From an uncultured Eubacteriales bacterium (GTDB taxonomy: Bacteria > Bacillota > Clostridia > Christensenellales > UBA1242), in NCBI GenBank assembly GCA_902796635.1, contig CADBPU010000005.1, positions 1 to 26,680 of the forward strand: a stretch of DNA of 26,680 nucleotides. Direction: 5' to 3'. Below, piece by piece: positions 1 through 6,747 of this stretch. Each line of letters starts with the position of its first letter. The first letter of the stretch is position 1. Made by a program: the position numbers and the translations under genes. A model generated the notes under the pieces. It worked only from the letters and a program-made list of their open reading frames with translations, did no database searches and was not told the DNA's origin.

Positions 1-138
1 ATATGGCAATCGTTTTGTTAAATCATAATGAACAGTGCTTTTTGCCATATTATATACCTTTGCCGTCTTTCTTACAGTTGCACCTGTTTTTATAACATAT
101 AACGCAATTTGCTTTGTTCTCAAATAAATATCTTTCAT
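1..138 (-). CDS. spoIIID: Stage III sporulation protein D, mother-cell transcription factor (partial; 3' end runs off the window; not in the ORF track)
   Basis: Manual translation from ATG 138 gives MKDIYLRTKQIALYVIKTGATVRKTAKVYNMAKSTVHYDLTKRLPY, matching the SpoIIID HTH pattern ATVR.TAK....KSTVH.D...RL. SD-like AAGGGG upstream. Lies downstream of a spoIIQ-like gene, as in clostridia. Confidence 0.93.
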   Translation of the reverse strand, partial: MKDIYLRTKQIALYVIKTGATVRKTAKVYNMAKSTVHYDLTKRLPY

Positions 139-156
139 ACACAACCCCTTTTGAGT

Positions 157-186
157 AATGTATTATTTGAGCAATAAAAAAATGAC
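157..186 (-). promoter_or_regulatory. Putative sigma-E promoter of spoIIID
   Basis: Minus strand GTCATt (186-181), 16 nt, aATACATT (164-157) fits the sigma-E consensus ATa-N16-18-cATAcanT. spoIIID is a known sigma-E target. Confidence 0.6.
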
Positions 187-294
187 AATAAATGTCATAT
201 TTTATACAATTATTTAAGATTGTGTTGTTTTATATATTTATTTGTAATCAAAGTCTTATTTGATTTTACAATTATATTAATTATAATTAAGAAT

Positions 295-318
295 AAAAAA
301 ACAAGGCAAAAGCCTTGT
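295..318 (-). terminator. Rho-independent terminator after acpP
   Basis: Stem ACAAGGC/GCCTTGT (301-307/312-318) with a 4-nt loop, followed by a T run on the minus strand (295-300). Confidence 0.85.
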
Positions 319-322
319 AAAA

Positions 323-556
323 TTACTTTGCAGTATTTTCATCTATATATTTAACAATATCGCCAACTGTATGCAATTTCATTGCAACTTCGTCTGGGAG
401 TGAAATGCCATATTCATCTTCAAGTGCCATTAACATTTCAACAACATCCAAACTATCAGCGCCCAAGTCGTCAACGATTTTTGTTTCCATTGTTACTTTT
501 TCTGGTGCTTTGTTAAGTTGTTCGCAAATAAGTTGTCTTACTCTTTCGAAACACAT
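323..556 (-). CDS. acpP: Acyl carrier protein
   Basis: 77 aa, acidic, with the DLGADSLD phosphopantetheine attachment motif. SD GGAGG. Confidence 0.97.
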   Translation of the reverse strand: MCFERVRQLICEQLNKAPEKVTMETKIVDDLGADSLDVVEMLMALEDEYGISLPDEVAMKLHTVGDIVKYIDENTAK

Positions 557-582
557 AATATTTCCTCCAAATAATCAGTTAT

Positions 583-611
583 ATTATACATCTTTTAATT
601 TGTAATGTAAA
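583..611 (-). promoter_or_regulatory. Sigma-A promoter of acpP
   Basis: TTTACA (611-606), 17 nt, TATAAT (588-583). Confidence 0.7.
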
Positions 612-724
612 GTGATTTTATATTTTTTTTTATTTGTCAAAAATGTTAGTAAATACTGGATAAATATATATATTCAATTAGCATTAAAAAAAATGCAAAT
701 TTGATTTTATGAATTATGTAAGAT

Positions 725-750
725 AAAAAACTCAAACAAAAGTTTGAGTT
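725..750 (-). terminator. Rho-independent terminator after the spoIIQ-like gene
   Basis: Stem AACTCAAAC/GTTTGAGTT (729-737/742-750) with a 4-nt loop, then a T run on the minus strand. Confidence 0.8.
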
Positions 751-755
751 ATTTT

Positions 756-1352
756 TTACTTGTTTGAAATATCTAAATAACTTGCTGGGTCAACCAAATT
801 TCCGTCTTTCCAAACTTCAAAATGAACTTCGCCTGTATCAGAAACTTCACTTGTTGCAGTGTTGCTTGCTTTTCCAATCACATCACCTTTTTTGACGTTA
901 TCACCAAGTTTTACTGCTACATTTGAATCCAAACTGCCATAAGTGGTTTTTAAGCCATTTCCGTGGTCAATTTCTACAACTGTTCCCTGCAATAAATTAG
1001 TTGTAATTTTTGTAACTACTCCGTCATAAGCAGAATATACATCTGTACCAATGTCGGCAGCAAAATCTACTGCTTTATGAACTTCCCAAACATTAAGGTT
1101 TTTGTTGTATTGCAATTCAGTATCGCTATACCCTTTCAAAACGGTTCCATTCAAAACAGGACTAGAAAATGATATGACATCAGTGTTGGTTGGTACCGTT
1201 TTATCAACTTCATTTGACGCACCAATACTTGTCAAAACTATTGCTATTGCAAGCAATAAAATCAAAACTGCTAGTGCAATATAATATCCATATTTTGATA
1301 AAATTGATTTCATGTTATTTTTTCTTTTTGGTTGTGTTGTTTCGTTCTCCAT
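756..1352 (-). CDS. spoIIQ: SpoIIQ-like membrane-anchored M23/LytM-domain protein
   Basis: Basic N-terminus, one TM helix (YYIALAVLILLLAIAIVLTSI), then an M23 domain (HKAVD, VYSAYDGVV, VEIDHGNG, HFEV, VDP..YL). Sits between ywmB-like and spoIIID and has a sigma-F-type promoter. Confidence 0.8.
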   Translation of the reverse strand: MENETTQPKRKNNMKSILSKYGYYIALAVLILLLAIAIVLTSIGASNEVDKTVPTNTDVISFSSPVLNGTVLKGYSDTELQYNKNLNVWEVHKAVDFAADIGTDVYSAYDGVVTKITTNLLQGTVVEIDHGNGLKTTYGSLDSNVAVKLGDNVKKGDVIGKASNTATSEVSDTGEVHFEVWKDGNLVDPASYLDISNK

Positions 1353-1368
1353 AATTCCTCCATGACAT

Positions 1369-1397
1369 GATTATTGACAACTTTTTTTTGTTTATAC
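1369..1397 (-). promoter_or_regulatory. Putative sigma-F promoter of spoIIQ
   Basis: GTATA (1397-1393), 14 nt, GTCAATAATC (1378-1369). Sigma-F consensus is GYWTA-N15-GGnrAnAnTw. Confidence 0.65.
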
Positions 1398-1413
1398 AAT
1401 AAAATTAAAAAAA

Positions 1414-1890
1414 TTAAAAACCATTTAGGATAAGTGGGTATCCTATGTTAATTTCATTTTTATTGTAAGCAATTTGAGTATTAATTTTTTGATTATCTAC
1501 TATAACATAATTGGATAGTGATGAATTGTAGCATAACAAAGATTTGTAGCAATCAAAGTTCTCAACTTTAACACAAAAAGTAGAATATTTTTCAAGCAAC
1601 TTTTCAAGAGTTTTACTTTTATAATTTGATATTCTTACACTTTCGCCATAAATATCACTCAACTTACCTTTTACTGAATTTGCAAACTGCAAATCGCAAG
1701 CAACAATAGTATAATTTCCATTTTGTATTGTCTCGGCATTTTCTATATCATTTTCGACATGACTTGTATAAAAATAATATGTAGTTTTTTCTTGACTATC
1801 AATGTTCAAAACAGGTTTTGTTATTGGCACACACACAAAACAAAACACAGCCAAACAAAACACGGCAAATCTTAATCTCAATATTTTCAT
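1414..1890 (-). CDS. ywmB: YwmB/DUF1779-family (SpoIIT-like) exported or membrane-anchored protein
   Basis: N-terminal hydrophobic segment. C-terminus Y...L..Y......KIN.QIA......IGYPLILNGF resembles the YwmB end (N.qia....GtPii..Y). Conserved position upstream of the spoIIQ-spoIIID cluster. ATG 1890 is preferred over the TTG at 1908, which overlaps the predicted -10. Confidence 0.6.
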   Translation of the reverse strand: MKILRLRFAVFCLAVFCFVCVPITKPVLNIDSQEKTTYYFYTSHVENDIENAETIQNGNYTIVACDLQFANSVKGKLSDIYGESVRISNYKSKTLEKLLEKYSTFCVKVENFDCYKSLLCYNSSLSNYVIVDNQKINTQIAYNKNEINIGYPLILNGF

Positions 1891-1896
1891 AAAAAA

Positions 1897-1925
1897 AATT
1901 ATTGCCAATTTTATAAAATTTAAGC
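1897..1925 (-). promoter_or_regulatory. Putative sigma-F promoter of the ywmB-like gene
   Basis: GCTTA (1925-1921), 14 nt, GGCAATAATT (1906-1897). Both boxes match the sigma-F consensus exactly. Confidence 0.7.
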
Positions 1926-1938
1926 AATAATCTTTTTC

Positions 1939-3078
1939 TTAAAAATCAAAATTTAACAAACCACTACTATACATCAAACTCAAAAAGTTAGCATCTTTGA
2001 AAATATCTGGTTCCAAACACAATAAATTTGTAAACTGTATATCATTAATATTTGAAAATATATTATAGAAATAATCTATATCTTTTTCGGCAATTTGGCT
2101 TTTTATATATTTTTCAAAAACCATTTGAGTCTTTACATATTCCAAAAGTTTGTATCTAAATTCCTGCAACAAAAAATTGATTTTTGTGTCTGGCAATTCT
2201 TGCTGCCTAAAATTTGATATCTGCTTTGCCTGCAAAAGATAATCGGTGTGTTTTTGATAATCAACAGCATTTTTGAACTTTATTGTGTAATACTTGAAAA
2301 AGTTTTTTTCCAAAGATGATATAAGCAAAGAAAACACATATTTTGTTTCTATTATGTTTTTAGGTCTATTATATTTCTTATATAAATTTAATAGATTATC
2401 AAGCAAATTTGGGGAAATTTTTGCTTCATATATGCAATAAGAAAGATATATTTTACAGATTTCTATTACTGAATTTTTTGAAATATCATTGTTTGCGATA
2501 AAATTTTGCAAATCTTGCAATATCTTTTTTGAAACAGACAAGTCAACATCTTGTTTATTTTTTTGAAAAAACAAATTGTTTATTTTGTTTTGCAAAACAC
2601 AAAACGAAAGACTACTTATTTCTAATATTGCTCTTGATATAAATTCACCAAAATTAAACACATTATTTACAGAAAAAACTATACCCATTGGATAGTTGCA
2701 ATCTTTATAACACATTTCATCTGCAAAATAATAATTTTTGAAGCAAGAACTATCACAGATATTTGTAAGTGCAAAAATGTAAGGAATATTTTTTTGATAA
2801 CAAACGCTTTTGATTTTGTCAACGTCATGATTATTTACTGCGATAATACATGAAACATTGTCAATATCTTTTATGCTCTCTATATTGCGTTCAACTTGAA
2901 TTTTACACATTGCGTTTGACCTTAAACTGCTTATTTCTGCACCAAACTCAAAATATTTATCAATAACAATAATTGTTTGATACAAAAAATATTTTTCTAG
3001 CTCTCTTTTAAGTTCAATTTCAATATTATTAGACACATAGGCAAATTCAATGCCACTATTTACTATTTTTTCTGCCAT
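1939..3078 (-). CDS. Hypothetical protein; degenerate sn-glycerol-1-phosphate dehydrogenase (EgsA/AraM)-like
   Basis: Intact 379-aa ORF. Segments IIVIDKY, SCIIAVNNHDVDKIKSVCYQKNIPYIFALT, YPMGIV and C-terminal FLSLMYSSGLL follow the order of G1PDH motifs, but the Gly-rich NAD loop and His metal ligands are absent. Confidence 0.45.
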   Translation of the reverse strand: MAEKIVNSGIEFAYVSNNIEIELKRELEKYFLYQTIIVIDKYFEFGAEISSLRSNAMCKIQVERNIESIKDIDNVSCIIAVNNHDVDKIKSVCYQKNIPYIFALTNICDSSCFKNYYFADEMCYKDCNYPMGIVFSVNNVFNFGEFISRAILEISSLSFCVLQNKINNLFFQKNKQDVDLSVSKKILQDLQNFIANNDISKNSVIEICKIYLSYCIYEAKISPNLLDNLLNLYKKYNRPKNIIETKYVFSLLISSLEKNFFKYYTIKFKNAVDYQKHTDYLLQAKQISNFRQQELPDTKINFLLQEFRYKLLEYVKTQMVFEKYIKSQIAEKDIDYFYNIFSNINDIQFTNLLCLEPDIFKDANFLSLMYSSGLLNFDF

Positions 3079-3184
3079 AAAAAAATAGTATCATATATCT
3101 AAAAAATAAAATTAAAAGAAAATGTAAAATATTGTTGAAATTTGATAAATATTACAATCATTATAAAGAAAAAACACAAACAAA

Positions 3185-4744
3185 TTATTCTTGCTTGTGT
3201 TTTTCAACTCTCTTAAATTTTATCTTTTTTACACTTGATTTTTTATAAATTTTTCTTTGATTTTTTTCTTTGCGCTTGTTCAAATCTTTAAGTCGCATTT
3301 CCATAAGCATTTGCTCTGCCGGATAAACTTTTTTATTCATTTCTTCATTTGAAACCAAATCACTATTTTTGATGATTTCATCTGCGCCATAGTCATCGTA
3401 CTTGTCAAGACCTGTAAACATTTGTTTTGCAAGTTTGTCTTCTTCTTGATTTTGAACCACACTAATCGTCTTTCTGTTTTCAGCAAGTGTCTCTCTAAAT
3501 GTAGGCAACTTTTTTACATCATCAGCAAGCCCTTGTGCTTTAAGTTTTTCATATCTACGATTGCCAATAACAAAGTCATAAACCAGCACAAGTAGTCCTT
3601 GAAGTAAAAATACATAATACGTTATGATTCTCCATGTGAGAACAGGCCAAAATGTTTTACCTTGAAATATTGTGCCAAAAATAATGACAAACATTGCTTC
3701 TGCACCACCACCAGCGCCAGGTGTTGGAATAAATCCAAGTGTAAGCCCACAAATTACGGATTGAATAAATGTGGTAAAGAATGTTATTCCTTGCGCTTCA
3801 ATAGTTGCTATTGGCACAAACGCATAACAGATAAAGAAAGGAATTATGTTATTGACAAATATATCTGCTGATGCAAGGAATATTTCACTAATCAAAACAA
3901 TAGGATTTGATGCAAGCGTCTTAAATGTCTTTTGATAGTTTACAACAAAACGCATAACTTTTCTAAAAGTTTTTTGATAGTTTTTGACTATATGCATTTT
4001 TGAAAGCAACTTCAAAATTCCAATAACAATTTTAGGTCCAAATCTTTTACTTACTGAAAGCAAAATTATAGATGAAAAAATTACAATATTGATTATAACA
4101 GCTACCCATGCAACTGTTGTAGTAAATGGGTCAGTTGTACTTCCATAAACAATACCATTATAGATTAAAACTGCTGAGCAAATGATAACATAAGATATCT
4201 GCCATGTAATATATCTCATAAGTGGAATGCCGGTTGCAATATCTCCACGTATTCCACGCTTATTCATGTAAAGCATTTGAAATGGCTGACCACCTGTGCT
4301 CATTGGTGTCAAGTTGTCATAATACTTTCCAAGTGCTGCCGTTTTATATGCCAAAAACGGTCTAGTCTTTTTGGTCGATTTTTTAATCAAAATCATTAAT
4401 TTTAATGTTTCAATTAAAATTATAGCAACAACTATTGCGGCCAAAATGGCTATATATTTCCAATTTATAAATGGTGCATATACAGAACTTGGGTCATTAC
4501 CTGTAAGCTGAACTATCAAAATAATAGCAAGTATTGCCATATTCAAAACAAAAGAAATAATGCTGAAAAGTTTTTTTCTTTTTGCTTTTCTTTTTGCCTT
4601 ATTTTCTTTTTCTAATTGTTTTTGTTCTTCTGTTCTAATTTTATATTTTTTTGTATAATCTACAACCTTTTCAAACTGCAAAAATGGCAAGAATTTTTCT
4701 TGCTTATTTTTTATTATTAATCCTAATTTTTTCTTTTTTGCCAA
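3185..4744 (-). CDS. Lysylphosphatidylglycerol-synthase TM-region (UPF0104/flippase-like) membrane protein
   Basis: Multiple TM helices with YYDNLTPMSTGGQP and FIPTPGAGGGAE motifs. Long charged N- and C-terminal tails. TTG start with SD AGGTG. Confidence 0.85.
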   Translation of the reverse strand: MAKKKKLGLIIKNKQEKFLPFLQFEKVVDYTKKYKIRTEEQKQLEKENKAKRKAKRKKLFSIISFVLNMAILAIILIVQLTGNDPSSVYAPFINWKYIAILAAIVVAIILIETLKLMILIKKSTKKTRPFLAYKTAALGKYYDNLTPMSTGGQPFQMLYMNKRGIRGDIATGIPLMRYITWQISYVIICSAVLIYNGIVYGSTTDPFTTTVAWVAVIINIVIFSSIILLSVSKRFGPKIVIGILKLLSKMHIVKNYQKTFRKVMRFVVNYQKTFKTLASNPIVLISEIFLASADIFVNNIIPFFICYAFVPIATIEAQGITFFTTFIQSVICGLTLGFIPTPGAGGGAEAMFVIIFGTIFQGKTFWPVLTWRIITYYVFLLQGLLVLVYDFVIGNRRYEKLKAQGLADDVKKLPTFRETLAENRKTISVVQNQEEDKLAKQMFTGLDKYDDYGADEIIKNSDLVSNEEMNKKVYPAEQMLMEMRLKDLNKRKEKNQRKIYKKSSVKKIKFKRVEKHKQE

Positions 4745-4791
4745 ATTTACACCTAATTTAATTTGTGAGATTAAAATTTATTAATACATAT

Positions 4792-4820
4792 AATTTACCA
4801 TTATATTCAAAATATGTCAA
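4792..4820 (-). promoter_or_regulatory. Putative sigma-A promoter of the LPG-synthase-TM gene
   Basis: TTGACA (4820-4815), 17 nt, TGnTAAATT (-10 at 4797-4792). Confidence 0.55.
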
Positions 4821-4827
4821 CTTGAAA

Positions 4828-4855
4828 CAAAAAAGTGTAGATAAAATCTACACTT
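4828..4855 (-). terminator. Rho-independent terminator after the prsA-like gene
   Basis: Stem AAGTGTAGA/TCTACACTT (4833-4841/4847-4855) with a 5-nt loop, then a T run on the minus strand. Confidence 0.8.
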
Positions 4856-4858
4856 AAA

Positions 4859-6616
4859 TTAATACAAATCTTCATAAGCATTAACATAATATGTTACAAC
4901 AAGGTTTTGTTTTGCTGTATCAATAATGCTGTTTTGATAATTTGACCATGTGCTTGAATAAATTGTGTCATAAATAAAGTCATACATAGTTTTGTTTGTG
5001 CCAAGCATGAGTTTCATTGTGTAAAGTTTGTCAGCATCTGTGTGGTCTAAATTTCTTACTTGCTCTATTGTAAGTTCGTTGTCAAACAATCCAGCATTGA
5101 AAATTATATGATAACCACTATAATTATCTTGGCTTACAAATACAGGGTCGCTAAGGTTTCCACCTTGTGGCATTGCATTGGCAAGTTCTCTGCTTGCATC
5201 AGCAAAATTTTTTGTCATTGTATCGCTTACTGTTGTATCAAGATTTACTGAATAATAATGCGTTGCATTAATCATACCTGTATCTTGACCATATTTGTAG
5301 ATGTATTTGTTAAATGCTACTGCTTTTTCTTCTGTTGTTGAATAATTTGCAAGGTCGGCGCTGATTTCTGCCATAACTTCGGCAACTGTTTTTGTTACTT
5401 CTGTTTCTTTACCTTCTTCATCTCTTTCATGAACAACAGTTTTGTTTAACACTTTTTGATATTCTTCATCATATTCTTGTTGCGAAATAACACCAGTTTC
5501 TAAACTTGTTTTAAGTTCGCTTATTTCTTCAAGTTGTTCATCACTCAATTTTATTAAAACATGACTAACTGCAACAAATTTTCTTTGTTCCCCATTATCA
5601 TTTGTGCCATAATCTCTGTGATAATAAACTTTGCTTGGGTCATCTTGCATTGCTTTTACATACGCAGCATAACTATCATCAAATGTTTCTGACATATATG
5701 TCTCATAACTACTTTCAACAAGTTGTTTATAGTAATCAACAACCTTTTTATTGAATGCGTTGTCTATAACTTGAATATATCTTTCGTAAACATTTTGAAG
5801 TTCTGTTGTATATTTGTTTTCTTCATGAATATTATAGATTCTTTCAAGTTCATAAATAAATGCAATTTTTTCACTTGTAGTGAGACCAAGATTTGAATAT
5901 ACAGCATCAAATTGTGCTTGATTTACATTTTTCAAATCTTCTATTGTTAAATTTTTGTTTTTGTAATTCAAAGTCAATTTTTTGATATATCTTTTGAATG
6001 CTTTTGCGCTGACTTCTGCATTACCTGTTTCGTCTTGCACAAAATCAGCAACTGTCAATTCGTTTTCTTCTGCTGGTTCTAGTTTTGGTGTGGTTGTTGT
6101 CCAAACGCCATCTTCATAAGACACTTTTTTCTCATACTCTTTATAGGCGTCAAATTCATTTGACTCTTCTTCATCTTCTTCGTCATCTTCTGTTTCTGTA
6201 ATCTCATTTTCTATATTTTTGATTTGCTCATTTACAGAGTCAAAAGTGTCTTGCCAAAGTGCATTTTGCCAAACATTTTTGTTGAATATGACTTGACCAT
6301 TATAAACCATTTCTTTATTAGCATTTTCTGTGATGAGTTCTTTTGCTTTTTCCAAAACAATTTGTCTATCAATAAGTCCGTCCAAAACTGTTTTTATTGC
6401 TTTTTCTGCTGTGTAGCCATAATATTGAACGTATTGATAACCATAATTGTTGTATGCTGTGATAAGGTCTTGTTTTGATATTTCTATATTTTCGCCAGCA
6501 GTTGCAACTGTTCTATTCAAATATTTTTCTGTGTTCCTCTGTACTAAACTACAGCCCGTAAACGCAAACGAACTTGATAGTAGCAAGCAAATAAGTATTT
6601 TTCCTAATTTTTTCAC
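4859..6616 (-). CDS. prsA: Large PrsA/SurA-like lipoprotein foldase (parvulin-type PPIase)
   Basis: Signal peptide with lipobox FTGC. SurA-N-like VAT..E.I...L.....LID segment. Parvulin motifs SHVLI and GYHII. Directly downstream of mfd, as in clostridia. GTG start with SD GGAG. Confidence 0.7.
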   Translation of the reverse strand: MKKLGKILICLLLSSSFAFTGCSLVQRNTEKYLNRTVATAGENIEISKQDLITAYNNYGYQYVQYYGYTAEKAIKTVLDGLIDRQIVLEKAKELITENANKEMVYNGQVIFNKNVWQNALWQDTFDSVNEQIKNIENEITETEDDEEDEEESNEFDAYKEYEKKVSYEDGVWTTTTPKLEPAEENELTVADFVQDETGNAEVSAKAFKRYIKKLTLNYKNKNLTIEDLKNVNQAQFDAVYSNLGLTTSEKIAFIYELERIYNIHEENKYTTELQNVYERYIQVIDNAFNKKVVDYYKQLVESSYETYMSETFDDSYAAYVKAMQDDPSKVYYHRDYGTNDNGEQRKFVAVSHVLIKLSDEQLEEISELKTSLETGVISQQEYDEEYQKVLNKTVVHERDEEGKETEVTKTVAEVMAEISADLANYSTTEEKAVAFNKYIYKYGQDTGMINATHYYSVNLDTTVSDTMTKNFADASRELANAMPQGGNLSDPVFVSQDNYSGYHIIFNAGLFDNELTIEQVRNLDHTDADKLYTMKLMLGTNKTMYDFIYDTIYSSTWSNYQNSIIDTAKQNLVVTYYVNAYEDLY

Positions 6617-6642
6617 GATTAAATCTCCATAGTCTCGACACT

Positions 6643-6671
6643 ATTATACATTATTTATTTACTAAAAGCAA
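6643..6671 (-). promoter_or_regulatory. Putative sigma-A promoter of the prsA-like gene
   Basis: TTGCTT (6671-6666), 17 nt, TATAAT (6648-6643). Confidence 0.55.
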
Positions 6672-6747
6672 ATAATTAGACAAAAAATAATATATTAGTT
6701 TATAAAAATTTAGGTGATTAATTTTTCATATTTTTTAGTTTTTGATT

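Noticed and set aside
1891-1908. ORF-track starts at TTG 1908 (ywmB-like) and ATG 22089 (feoA)
   Set aside because: Both overlap predicted promoter elements. Downstream ATGs (1890, 22071) fit better.
6634-6640. TGTCGAG Spo0A-like box at the prsA +1
   Set aside because: A single 6/7 match to a 7-mer is expected by chance in a window this size.
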